A stretch of DNA of 34,183 nucleotides from Promethearchaeota archaeon (GCA_048938895.1 JBHLLU010000043.1:1-34183), one strand, 5' to 3'; positions 1 to 9,639 are shown, counted from the stretch's first letter. Made by a program: numbers and translations. Notes: generated by a model not told the origin, from the letters alone.

Positions 1-936
1 ATAGTTTTAGATCAACAAATACCGGAAGAAATTGAAAAAATTTTATCAAATCTATGCGCAGAAGAATCTGAGAGATTAAAATCAAATGAGGAGATTTATA
101 CTGCTTTTTACATTAAAGACCTAAATAGTTTTGATGATAATGATAAAGAAATTATTGCTAAGAATGAAACACTTATAGAAGCGTGGGTAAATAACTTATA
201 TTGGGCTATACTTGAGTTTACATCGGAAAAAACTGAAGAGGAAAAAATTGCAATTTTGCTAAATGATAAACATATTTTTGAAACTCTAGAAAAACTTTCG
301 AATGGTCCAATTCCTTTAGAATGGTTAAGAGAGTGGTTTATTGAGGAATTCCCTGAGAAAAACTTTGAAGAAATCATAGACACATTGGTTGATAAACAAT
401 TTATTTTTATAAATCAAATTGGTTTAGTAGAAAAATATGTGCTACTTTTGAAAGAAGTAAATGCGGAGAGGATACCTCCTGATAGTGTGATTGAATATAT
501 TGATGATAAACCAGAATTAATTGATTTATTGCTCCCTAAAGTCCAAGAATATTATAGTGAATATGAAAAGAAAACTGAGGAGCAATTGAAACAAGATAGT
601 TTTACTCTATTTAAAATAATGGCAGATGCAAAAAAATATAATCTTCTTTCCGAGTTGAGAAATGGATTAATTGCCAAAGATAAATTACACAAGTTAGTTT
701 CAAAAAAATCACTTGATTCTTTAATGGAAAATATTGAATATCTAAAAAAATATGATGTTATCGAAGAGCTTGATTATAATGATGAAACTTATATTGTTTT
801 GAAGACGAATCTTCAAATAACCACTGCCTTCCCCGAATGGATGAGAAAATTATTACCGAAGGAATCCGAACCTATAGTAGCTAATAAGTATAATTTAAAA
901 TTAAATGAACAGGAGAAAGAAAAGGAAATAAATTGA
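1..936 (+). CDS. Hypothetical protein, 5'-truncated by the window edge; possible winged-helix-like segments
   Basis: Frame 1 is open from base 1 (IVLDQQIPEEIEKILSNL...) to TGA at 934-936, so the 256 start is internal. Segments such as FEEIIDTLVDKQFI and IEYLKKYDVI resemble wHTH recognition helix plus wing. Confidence 0.75.
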   Translation: MVLDQQIPEEIEKILSNLCAEESERLKSNEEIYTAFYIKDLNSFDDNDKEIIAKNETLIEAWVNNLYWAILEFTSEKTEEEKIAILLNDKHIFETLEKLSNGPIPLEWLREWFIEEFPEKNFEEIIDTLVDKQFIFINQIGLVEKYVLLLKEVNAERIPPDSVIEYIDDKPELIDLLLPKVQEYYSEYEKKTEEQLKQDSFTLFKIMADAKKYNLLSELRNGLIAKDKLHKLVSKKSLDSLMENIEYLKKYDVIEELDYNDETYIVLKTNLQITTAFPEWMRKLLPKESEPIVANKYNLKLNEQEKEKEIN

Positions 937-940
937 AATT

Positions 941-1198
941 ATGCTAAATGAGGAAGAATCAAAAGAGGATTTAAAAAATCTTTTAGGATATATGGGAATT
1001 GAAATACTATTTGCAATAGATAAGGGTGCGAAGAATTTTGAAACAATTAAATTATTTTCGGGATTACCAATTTCCTGTATTAAAGGTAGAATACCCGTTT
1101 TACTCGAATTAAATCTAATTAAAATTGTTAAGAAAGAGCATTTTTTAACAGAAAAAGGAGTAAATTTCAAAAATCAGCTCGAAAATAATGTTAATTAG
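941..1198 (+). CDS. Small winged-helix-like protein
   Basis: 85 aa, 4 nt after the previous stop; HTH-like pattern EILFAIDKGAKNFETIK...RIPVLLELNLI...HFLTEKG. Confidence 0.7.
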   Translation: MLNEEESKEDLKNLLGYMGIEILFAIDKGAKNFETIKLFSGLPISCIKGRIPVLLELNLIKIVKKEHFLTEKGVNFKNQLENNVN

Positions 1199-1362
1199 CT
1201 AATTTTTCTTCCAAATTTTTATTTTTAGAGAAAAAATCAGATTGGGGCGACAAGAATCATAACTATGAGCAATAGTTCTTTTTGTCATAAGTTCATCATT
1301 TTTCTTCTCATATAATGTTAGATTCTATTCCTTAATTCTTTTTTTCTTAAGTTTTAATTAAT

Positions 1363-1842
1363 TTAATCTTCTATATTATTTTGATTTGATGATTCTTCTA
1401 TTGTATTTCTAAATTTCTTTTCATAGTACCCTGGACTTTTAAATCCTCCATGTTCTTCAATAAATTTCTTTAAGCCTTCCTTAAGAAGGATTTGATTTTT
1501 ATAGGAATTATATTCATCTATAGAAAGTTCCTTTCGTTTTACTAAAAAATCTAATATTCTGAGAGCTTCCTCTTTAGTAGTGCATCTCCTTATAAAGTCA
1601 ATTGCTCCAGGATTGATTAATTCTCTTGGAATATTTGTTCTGTTAAAAGATTTATCTATTTTGAAAGCTGGTTGAATTGATTCAATTTTAACGATTTTTT
1701 TCTTTCTTGTTATTTCATCTAATAAATGAGGAAAATCTTTGTCTAGTTTATTTTTATCATAATTAATTGTTAGTCCATCCTGTTTTTTAATGATTGGCTC
1801 AATTCCCTCCTTTCTTTTTTCTTTTTTATTATCGACCATCAA
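1363..1842 (-). CDS. DUF2095-like archaeal conserved protein
   Basis: Motifs FPHL, PGAIDFIRRC-x-T-x-EEAL-x-ILDFL and C-terminal GYY match my recollection of DUF2095. Confidence 0.7.
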   Translation of the reverse strand: MMVDNKKEKRKEGIEPIIKKQDGLTINYDKNKLDKDFPHLLDEITRKKKIVKIESIQPAFKIDKSFNRTNIPRELINPGAIDFIRRCTTKEEALRILDFLVKRKELSIDEYNSYKNQILLKEGLKKFIEEHGGFKSPGYYEKKFRNTIEESSNQNNIED

Positions 1843-2045
1843 AAATTTCCTTTACCAATAGATATTTGATAAAGAAATAATTAAATAATGTAATAAAATT
1901 ATCGATCATAAATTAAAAAGAAATTCAACGTTACCAACTTCGTTTGTAAGGATCTGTTTATCATAAAATTGAATTATATATATCATAAAAGTAATAAAAT
2001 ATGCTTGTTTTTAATTACTAAGAACTCAAGGTCGTGTAAAAAAAA

Positions 2046-2630
2046 TTGAAGTCTGGATATAAACATATAAAAGATACTTTTGAAAGGCATGAGAAAGGAT
2101 ATCAGACACCATATTGGGAGCGTGGAATTGAATATCGAAGAGGTAAATCTGTCCAAAGAGTTGATAAACCTACTAAACTTCATCGAGCAAGAGAATTAGG
2201 GTATAAAGCTAAACAAGGATATATTATCGTTAGAACACGTATTAGAAAAGGTGGTATGCATAAAACCCGCCCTAAAAGAGGTAGAAAACCTAGAGCTATG
2301 GGTGTTTCTAAATATACAACAGGAAAAAATCTCCAATGGATTGCAGAAGAAAGAGTTCAAAGAAAATATCCAAATATGCAAGTGTTAAATTCATATAAAA
2401 TTTATGCTGATGGTAGAAATTGGTATTATGAAGTTATTATGGTAGATCCTTATCATCCTGTAATTAAAGCAGATCCGAAGATTAACTGGATCTGTGAAAA
2501 CCAGCATAAGAAAAGAGTCACAAGAGGATTAACATCTGCTGGAAAGAGAGCAAGAGGTTTACGTAAAAAAGGATGGGGTTCCGAAAAAACTAGACCGAGC
2601 ATCAGAGCAAATAAAGGACGAGGAAAATAA
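2046..2630 (+). CDS. rpl15e: 50S ribosomal protein L15e
   Basis: ARELGYKAKQGYIIVRTR, IAEERVQRKYPNMQVLNSY, YEVIMVDP, RGLTSAG; TTG start. Confidence 0.97.
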   Translation: MKSGYKHIKDTFERHEKGYQTPYWERGIEYRRGKSVQRVDKPTKLHRARELGYKAKQGYIIVRTRIRKGGMHKTRPKRGRKPRAMGVSKYTTGKNLQWIAEERVQRKYPNMQVLNSYKIYADGRNWYYEVIMVDPYHPVIKADPKINWICENQHKKRVTRGLTSAGKRARGLRKKGWGSEKTRPSIRANKGRGK

Positions 2631-2751
2631 TTCGATCCCATTACCAGCTCAACATGAAATATATTTATTTTAGAGATATTATTATTTTTTGAGATTTTAA
2701 ATTAAGGTAAAATTTGAAGAATATCCCCATATTAGTAATAATTTCAATAAG

Positions 2752-2855
2752 CGGACCCGGCAGGATTCGAACCTGCGACTTTCGGATTAGAAGTCCGACG
2801 CCCTATTTACTTGGTTATTATAAAGAAAAAAACCACCAGGCTAGGCTACGAGTCC
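2752..2855 (-). tRNA. tRNA-Arg(TCT) with a 29-nt D-loop intron
   Basis: Minus strand GGACTCG TA GCCT AGCCTGG [intron] ATA GGGC G TCGGA CTTCTAA TCCGA AAGTC GCAGG TTCGAAT CCTGC CGGGTCC G; all four stems pair; CCA not encoded. Confidence 0.95.
2807..2835 (-). other. Non-canonical tRNA intron (about position 19/20) with relaxed bulge-helix-bulge motif
   Basis: Outer helix CCTA/TAGG, central helix GCCT/AAGT (one C-A mismatch), 3-nt bulges GG|T and AA|A, inner helix GGTT/AACC. Confidence 0.85.
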
Positions 2856-3170
2856 ATTTTCAATTCTATTAATATTTAAAATATTGATTAATCTTTAAAT
2901 TTTTGTACCCCGATTATTCACCTTCTTACCATCAAAAAAATCTTTAAATATATAGAGCCGTGATAGAAAAGGAAGCAAAAAAGGAAGTTTTAACCTTTTA
3001 TCGCTTTTGAACATAAATCTTGTTATAGCGAATAAGTCTGGCTAAAATCAGGTTCATAAATTAATAAATTATTAATATATTTCTTTTAATAAAGTTCATC
3101 CCTAAATTAAATTTAAGATGAATGTTATATTTAGTGTTTTAAATTAGAATCTAAAAAGAGAGTATTTCAT

Positions 3171-3896
3171 TTGCTTAAAAAAAAAATATATATACATCAA
3201 AACATTCCTTATGCATTTAATTGGAACAAGGGGCATCATAAAGAGAAATACTCTCAATTAACTGCTAATCGAAGGGAATTAAATAATCTTAAACGTCATT
3301 TCAAAGAAGTGTATGAAGGAATAATCCCGAATGATTTATTCAATTCACGATACCTTCCTAGAGTATCACAATTTAAAATTAAGGGTATTAAAACTGCATT
3401 TATTAGAAGTTTTAGCAAGAAATTGATAAGAGCAGGTCAAGTCCAATATTCTGGTTCAGATTCTAAATTACCTCGATATGCCCAAAAAGTAATTGAGACT
3501 TATAAAATCGAAAAAAAGAAGAATATCCCAGGACACGATCCTATATTGAAAAATATTCTCATTAAAGATAAAGATTCAATCGCAATAGAAGTACCTGTTT
3601 GGTATGAAAGAGAGGATAACACAATTACAGGCCATATCGATTTACTCCAAGTTCAAGATGATTTAATTAAAGTGATTGATTATAAGCCAGAAGGAAATTT
3701 TTTAATTTCTTTGCCACAAGTTGCAATGTATGGATATATTTTAAAGTCTAAATTAGATATAAAGAATATCAAGTGTATATCCTTCAATAAAGATGAGGTT
3801 TGGGAATATGATCCTAGTATTCTTATTACAGAAATCAAAAAATATTTAATTTCTCATCAAATTAACCATAGACCTTGGGAGAAATTCTTACAATAA
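3171..3896 (+). CDS. PD-(D/E)XK nuclease family protein (RecB/Cas4-like fold)
   Basis: IAIEVPV...ITGHIDLL...VIDYKP...QVAMY motif order; TTG start. Confidence 0.8.
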   Translation: MLKKKIYIHQNIPYAFNWNKGHHKEKYSQLTANRRELNNLKRHFKEVYEGIIPNDLFNSRYLPRVSQFKIKGIKTAFIRSFSKKLIRAGQVQYSGSDSKLPRYAQKVIETYKIEKKKNIPGHDPILKNILIKDKDSIAIEVPVWYEREDNTITGHIDLLQVQDDLIKVIDYKPEGNFLISLPQVAMYGYILKSKLDIKNIKCISFNKDEVWEYDPSILITEIKKYLISHQINHRPWEKFLQ

Positions 3897-3905
3897 AGGA
3901 TTTAA

Positions 3906-4178
3906 CTATTTTTTCTCTTTTGGTTCAGTATTTTCAAGCTCTTGTTTTGTCTTTAAATAGCCTTTTAATAAGAAATAACAAAGAATAAGTGAAATTGTTT
4001 CTAACAATAGCCCAAAAAAAATAATCACAGTTCCATTATATCCAAGATATCGCAAAAAAATCGCAATAGTGAGCCCGGATGAGGCTAAAGCAAAAACAAT
4101 AATTCCTCTAATAATATCAATGAAAGAATTCTTGATATAGACCAGTTCTTTCTTAATCCAAGAGAATAACGAAGACAT
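3906..4178 (-). CDS. Small membrane protein, two TM helices
   Basis: 90 aa with two hydrophobic stretches and a basic tail; fills the gap between genes. Confidence 0.7.
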   Translation of the reverse strand: MSSLFSWIKKELVYIKNSFIDIIRGIIVFALASSGLTIAIFLRYLGYNGTVIIFFGLLLETISLILCYFLLKGYLKTKQELENTEPKEKK

Positions 4179-4286
4179 AAGGAGTAAAAGTTGTTTTCTA
4201 ATATTTTTTTATATAAATTAATTAAAGAATATTTTAATATCTTTTTTATTTTAAAGTTAAATCTCTTTAAGCTATTTTAAAAGAAA

Positions 4287-6491
4287 TTATTTTGTCTTAA
4301 ACTTAGAATACAGTGCTTTATCTAGTAATAAACCAATTTTCTTAGCAATTTGGGAAGCAATTTCATATCGTTCCCCATCAAGTAATTTTAGATTATCAAT
4401 AGGTGTCTTGAGATCGCCTACTCTTTTATTTAGTACATTTGTACTAATTTCACCTACCATCTTTCTTAACTTTTCAGAATCTGGCAAATTTATTTTAGGA
4501 TCAAAACTTTTAATTTTTTCAACTGCAAAATTAAAAAATTCGACGATTAGTTCAATTGAGTTTCCCCTTAACTCGCTGTGAAGCTTAATATTCTCTGTGG
4601 CCGTTTTAGAATCCTTTTCTTGCCAATATAGTTGATTTGGGTTAATTCCGGGGCTGTTTATCCTCATCAATGAACTAGTTATTCTTCTTTCGATCCAATT
4701 TAACGTACTTAATTCTTGCTTTTCCCGGATTTTTTTAGCTTGAAGCTCTTTTTCTTTCTCCTTTGCCTCAATCTTTTGCTCAACACCTTCTTTACGAATT
4801 TGTTCAAAATATTCAAGTCTTTTTACTATATCATAACCAATACAATAAGAAATTGGAGATATTAAATCAGGTTTTAACTTTAAGGATGCTATATCTGCGT
4901 AAACCATGCTATTATCCTCTTTTAAAAGGTAAATTCCTTCTTTTAGAGAAATTTCAATCAATCGAGCTAAAATAAAACCGTTCACGAGAAAGGGTTGATT
5001 AGCTGCGTTTAAGACGATAACTAACTCTTCCTGCCTTTTATTTAGTCGTTTTATTATTAATTCTTCTAATTTTATTTTTACCCACTCTTCTGATTCTGTA
5101 GTACTATCAATTTTTTTTAGAGCTAACAATAATAGCGATCTATCATTTGATACCTTAGAATAAAGTTCAATTACCCTACTGAGCTGTCTTAAAATTTTGG
5201 ATAGAATGTAGAAGAAAATATCCTTTACAATTTTATTAATAATATCTTCAAAATCTAATATGAATAAAATATGAGAATAATTTTTTAAGTTCAAATCAGT
5301 TAAAAAAACTTTATCAATAACTTGCTTTTTTTTAGAGATTCCTTGATTATTTTTTTGATCAGTTAATGCCAAAATATCAAGTTTCTTTATATTATACCTA
5401 ATCATATTTCTTTTAACATCTTCAGCCACAGTATCATCTAAATCTAAAAGATAAAGAATATTATATACACCATATTTATTTAGTAAAAAGATGATTTCAT
5501 CGAAACCAGATTCGTTTAACGATTGTAGGTAATAAATGAAATCATTAGGATTTTCACGTAACTTCTTAATTAATTCTGATTTTAAATAGTTAAGTAGTTT
5601 ACTTTCAAACTGCTCGTAATTAATTTTTTCACTTAGAGCATTTTCTATTTTTTCGATTAGATCCTTCTTAATGTTATTACCCTCTTTAAAGGCTCTCAAG
5701 CCAGGTATAGAAATAGGAAAACTCTCAAAATTAAAATCTACAACCTTTCTTTTTATCATTCTTACAGGCATAGCTTCTACTTGTAATTCCTTATAAGATT
5801 TAAATTCATAATCACTCCGAATTTTGTTAATCAATCGATCAAGCGTTGCCAGTTCGATGAATTTATCTTCCTTTTCTTCCACCTGTAATTTTTTTTCTAA
5901 ATCAACTGAGAGATCTTTAAAGGCAGAGCTTTCTTCTAGAATATTCATTTTAGTTTCATTAGTAAGTCCAATTAGATCCCCTATTAAATCGTAAAAGTAA
6001 AATGATGGGTAATTTCGAACAATTTCTTGTAATTCCTGTTCAATTTGGTTTTCTATATCCTTAATCATCTTCTCTTTTTCAGCTTCTTGAAGATCTGTGT
6101 TTCTAATTTCAATCAGAAAGGAGATAAATCGGTTTTCCAATTCAATTCTTTTATTGAGAAGATTAATTTCTAATGAAAATGAATTTTTTAAAAGTGTGTC
6201 CAATTCATCCATTAAAATTTCCTTTTCGGATAATTCCAATTTCTTGGTTGAATCGAAAGTAAACTTATTTGAATCTATTTTATGTTGAACTTTTAAGCCT
6301 AAGTTATGATAGATATGAACGGTCGCTGTTGCAATTAAGAGGTTTTTAAATGTTGAGTCTTTTTTAGCAAGTTCAAATATCTTAATTTTATCTGCTTCTC
6401 TTTTGAAATGTGAAATTATTAAATCAACTGTTTGGAAAAATCTAAAAGTACTTTCAATTGCAGTTGTCTTTCTTTTTATCCCACTAATCAT
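4287..6491 (-). CDS. Large helical/coiled-coil hypothetical protein (734 aa)
   Basis: Long ORF with charged helical segments; overlaps the upstream gene by 8 nt. Confidence 0.85.
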   Translation of the reverse strand: MISGIKRKTTAIESTFRFFQTVDLIISHFKREADKIKIFELAKKDSTFKNLLIATATVHIYHNLGLKVQHKIDSNKFTFDSTKKLELSEKEILMDELDTLLKNSFSLEINLLNKRIELENRFISFLIEIRNTDLQEAEKEKMIKDIENQIEQELQEIVRNYPSFYFYDLIGDLIGLTNETKMNILEESSAFKDLSVDLEKKLQVEEKEDKFIELATLDRLINKIRSDYEFKSYKELQVEAMPVRMIKRKVVDFNFESFPISIPGLRAFKEGNNIKKDLIEKIENALSEKINYEQFESKLLNYLKSELIKKLRENPNDFIYYLQSLNESGFDEIIFLLNKYGVYNILYLLDLDDTVAEDVKRNMIRYNIKKLDILALTDQKNNQGISKKKQVIDKVFLTDLNLKNYSHILFILDFEDIINKIVKDIFFYILSKILRQLSRVIELYSKVSNDRSLLLLALKKIDSTTESEEWVKIKLEELIIKRLNKRQEELVIVLNAANQPFLVNGFILARLIEISLKEGIYLLKEDNSMVYADIASLKLKPDLISPISYCIGYDIVKRLEYFEQIRKEGVEQKIEAKEKEKELQAKKIREKQELSTLNWIERRITSSLMRINSPGINPNQLYWQEKDSKTATENIKLHSELRGNSIELIVEFFNFAVEKIKSFDPKINLPDSEKLRKMVGEISTNVLNKRVGDLKTPIDNLKLLDGERYEIASQIAKKIGLLLDKALYSKFKTK

Positions 6492-8790
6492 ACTTTATCC
6501 ACTCTCTATATACTTCTTTAAAATTATCTGATAATTCATATCTTACGTTATTATGCCAAAATTTAAAGTTAATTACATGAAAAAGGTCTCCTTTGAACAA
6601 CTCCTTTTCCTCTTCAGTTAAATTATGCTTTAAAATCAATGTTAGTGGCTGTGGTATAAGTTTTGAGAAGTAAATTAAATATATATTTTTGATATAGTTA
6701 TAAAATGCACTCTCACCATTAATTTTTAAAAATTCAATAGGAATTAACTTTTCTTCTTGAAGATTTGTGAGTTTTAATTCACTTTTTACCTTGCTTTTAA
6801 CGTATTTAGGAAATTCTTTATTGATTCCAAGACTAAATTCAAATTGTTTATAAAAATCAAGTAAGTAATTTCTCTCCTCAACATTGGGTATTTTCGCAAT
6901 GTAAGTATCTAAGAATTTTAAAAAGTTCTCATGTTTCTGTTCATTTTTTTCCCGATTTTCAAGATATTCCAAAAAATTATAATAGATTTCAGTTAGATCC
7001 CAGTTCTTCTGATTTTCAATTTTTAAAAACTTCTTTGTATAATCTATAATCCAGTCAAGAACATAAGATTTCCATTCTAAATTTATCCCACCAATCCTCT
7101 TTTCTAAAAATCGATGAAATTTATTTGCAAAACTTACTGGATCAACTATTTGATCATTAAATTCATCTTTAACATAGCGATTAATCGTCGAGTGTCTTAG
7201 AATATAACTTAACAAAAAGTTTAATTCATTTGAGAATTTTTTAAATTTCTCTAAATGTCCTTTAATTAATTCTCTATTGTTCTCCATTTGGATTTCAGCA
7301 AATGAAACCAAATCTTCGATTTTTAAGTTTATTTTTTCGAAAAATGATTCCAGATTTTTCATTACTAACTTATTAAATTCATTTTTAAGACTTATATCAT
7401 TGAATTGTGAATATTTCCTTCCTGTGATTGATTCTATTTCTATCTGGTTAAATAAATATTCCTGGAATTTATCCAATAATTTAATACCTAAAATTTTAGC
7501 GGGGATCTGCTCTTTATTAAAAGAGGCTTTAAGATTTTTTATTAAATCCATCGTTAATGTTTTCAAACGACGACGAGAAAGAAAATTTGGAAGAGCCATT
7601 CTAATCAAATCAACACATTGTTTATTCATTTCTGAAAAATAGTTAAATACAGATGTCAATTCTACTACTCTCAAATTTTCCTTGGTGACTACAGAACGGT
7701 TGATAAAATTAGTAGCAATATTACAAATATCCCCAAAATCCTCATTTTCTAATCTACCTTTATTTATAATGAATTGTTGATATCTAATTAATAAAGCCGA
7801 TAATTCCCCCATTTCTCCGGATGTTAGAAACGTATTGGAATATTGTAAAAACTTATTTAAATATCCTTCTAGATTAAGCATAATATTCTTACATTCAGTG
7901 ACTAGCTCGTTAGCTGTTTGAATTGCAGTAAATGTATTGATTTTTTCTTCTAATCTTGATATTAAGAAATTTATTATATCGTCTTGAAATTCATCTAGTG
8001 TACCTGTATTTGCTAAATTAATGAGACTTGTTCCTAGGTTTAAAGTCTTATCAGTAATAAAATTAGCACTAGGTTCTGATATTGAATATTTAAGATGTTC
8101 TTGTGCATGTTGTCCTTCATAAGGAGTACTAACTTTTTCAAATTTTGAATTTAATAATCTAATCTCAATTGGGTTTTTATCCCATAGAATCTCTACATCT
8201 GATATAATTTTGGCATAAGTAGTTAACAATTCTTTTTCCGTAGGGAGAGATGCGCTTAAGCCAATTAATTTCTTATTCCACTTGTCTTCAATTAATTCCC
8301 CAAATAGTCTCTTGCTAAACCTTGAAGCAAATTTATCGTAAAATAATTGTTTATCCTCCACCGTAAATTCTGATCTATCAGCAAATTCTTCAACTTCATA
8401 AAATAATTTACATATATCGTTTACTGAATTCCTTGATTTATGGATATTTAGATATCCTGTTTCTGGTTTTAAAGCTAGTAATAGACTTTCACAATCTTTA
8501 AATCTTCCTGGTAAAAAAACCATAGATTTCGGGTAAATGTTTGTTCTTGAACTTTCTTCATCAAGGTTGTATAAATTAAATTCAATACTAAATACTTCTG
8601 ATCCTGTGTAGTCTCTTAATATTGCATTGTACATTGATAAAAATTGAATTACCTCTCTTGAGAGTTCATTAACCTTCTTTCTTGTCAATCTACCGGGACC
8701 AATGACATCTCCTGTTATGAGATCGTTCGGGGATGAATAACCAAATATTAAAGAAAATTGATAATTTATTGATTCCCTTGTGGTTATCAT
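6484..8790 (-). CDS. Large helical hypothetical protein (768 aa)
   Basis: Long ORF, no recognised motif; stop overlaps the start of the 734-aa gene. Confidence 0.85.
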   Translation of the reverse strand: MITTRESINYQFSLIFGYSSPNDLITGDVIGPGRLTRKKVNELSREVIQFLSMYNAILRDYTGSEVFSIEFNLYNLDEESSRTNIYPKSMVFLPGRFKDCESLLLALKPETGYLNIHKSRNSVNDICKLFYEVEEFADRSEFTVEDKQLFYDKFASRFSKRLFGELIEDKWNKKLIGLSASLPTEKELLTTYAKIISDVEILWDKNPIEIRLLNSKFEKVSTPYEGQHAQEHLKYSISEPSANFITDKTLNLGTSLINLANTGTLDEFQDDIINFLISRLEEKINTFTAIQTANELVTECKNIMLNLEGYLNKFLQYSNTFLTSGEMGELSALLIRYQQFIINKGRLENEDFGDICNIATNFINRSVVTKENLRVVELTSVFNYFSEMNKQCVDLIRMALPNFLSRRRLKTLTMDLIKNLKASFNKEQIPAKILGIKLLDKFQEYLFNQIEIESITGRKYSQFNDISLKNEFNKLVMKNLESFFEKINLKIEDLVSFAEIQMENNRELIKGHLEKFKKFSNELNFLLSYILRHSTINRYVKDEFNDQIVDPVSFANKFHRFLEKRIGGINLEWKSYVLDWIIDYTKKFLKIENQKNWDLTEIYYNFLEYLENREKNEQKHENFLKFLDTYIAKIPNVEERNYLLDFYKQFEFSLGINKEFPKYVKSKVKSELKLTNLQEEKLIPIEFLKINGESAFYNYIKNIYLIYFSKLIPQPLTLILKHNLTEEEKELFKGDLFHVINFKFWHNNVRYELSDNFKEVYREWIKYD

Positions 8791-8939
8791 GATATAACAA
8801 CAGTTGTTAATTGTAAAATTAATAAAATTTAAGTATTAATTCTTTTTGCACTTTCTTTTCAAAATAATTTTATTATCCTTAAAAAATTCAAAATCTCCTA
8901 GATAGGCAGATGTTTTTTAAGGTTTTTTTTGATTATTGC

Positions 8940-8955
8940 TCTTAGACGTCTAAGA
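8940..8955. promoter_or_regulatory. Perfect 16-bp palindrome TCTTAGACGTCTAAGA, candidate operator
   Basis: Self-complementary; lies in the divergent intergenic region 8791-9071. Confidence 0.4.
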
Positions 8956-9071
8956 TAAATAATAATTTAGAATCTTCTATCACATTAAAAAATAAAAATA
9001 TAATAAGAAAAATTATTATTATAATTATAACATTCATTACATATTCTTTTAAGCATTTAAGGTGAATAGAT

Positions 9072-9476
9072 ATACAGTTTGGTTCTGATTTAGGGATAAA
9101 TCAAGAAGATATAGAAAAAATTAGTCCTCAGATAACATTTATAACTTCCAATGCAGACATAGAAGCTATTGCACTAGTGAGTTCCGAAGGTTATCAAATT
9201 GCTTTTTCTGCCCTACCACAATATCACGTTGATGGTGATCAATTCTGTGGACTTGCTAGTGCATTATTAATGACGGGAAGATCTACTATTCAAACATTAT
9301 TTCAAGAAGATTTAAGTGAAGTTATTGTAAGGGCAGAAAATGGGTATATTGTTATTACAAATGCGGGAAGATTAGTAATTGTTTGTGCAGGAACAATAAT
9401 AGATACCTTAATGAAGACTGTAAAAGTTATGCGTATTGCTGCGAAAAACCTTTACAAGGTATTCGAAAATAGATAA
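9072..9476 (+). CDS. Roadblock/LC7 (MglB-like) domain protein; start probably upstream of GTG 9177
   Basis: DIEAIALVSSEGYQIA...ASALLMTG...EVIVRAENGYIVITNAG pattern. The frame is open back to TGA 9063-9065. AGGTGA (9060-9065) precedes an ATA at 9072. Confidence 0.8.
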   Translation: MQFGSDLGINQEDIEKISPQITFITSNADIEAIALVSSEGYQIAFSALPQYHVDGDQFCGLASALLMTGRSTIQTLFQEDLSEVIVRAENGYIVITNAGRLVIVCAGTIIDTLMKTVKVMRIAAKNLYKVFENR

Positions 9477-9610
9477 GTTCTATGAATTCTGTTTTCGATA
9501 AAGATATTCAATTGACTTTTTTGAAAGTCTAAACTCTTTTTATTGTCATATTGTAAAAAATATTGTGTGAAAAAAGTTAAGTTTTTAAGTGAACCGATAA
9601 AATTATCAGT

Positions 9611-9620
9611 ATATTAAATA
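9611..9620 (+). promoter_or_regulatory. Candidate TATA box for a leaderless trp leader transcript
   Basis: ATATTAAATA lies 20-29 nt upstream of ATG 9640; weak evidence in AT-rich DNA. Confidence 0.35.
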
Positions 9621-9639
9621 AATCATTCAAATTTTGTTC

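Noticed and set aside
1199-1288. 29-aa minus-strand ORF MTKRTIAHSYDSCRPNLIFSLKIKIWKKN
   Set aside because: No motif, SD or paralogue to support it; expected by chance.
3005-3060. Eukaryote-like SECIS on the minus strand (ATGAA...GATT)
   Set aside because: Poor stem, no apical AA motif and no adjacent gene with an in-frame TGA.
2752-4178. Element integrated at tRNA-Arg
   Set aside because: No integrase and no duplicated tRNA end seen; the nuclease lies on the 5' side of the tRNA.
9541-9566. Three TATTGT repeats upstream of the trp leader
   Set aside because: Short, AT-rich and irregularly spaced; not distinguishable from background.
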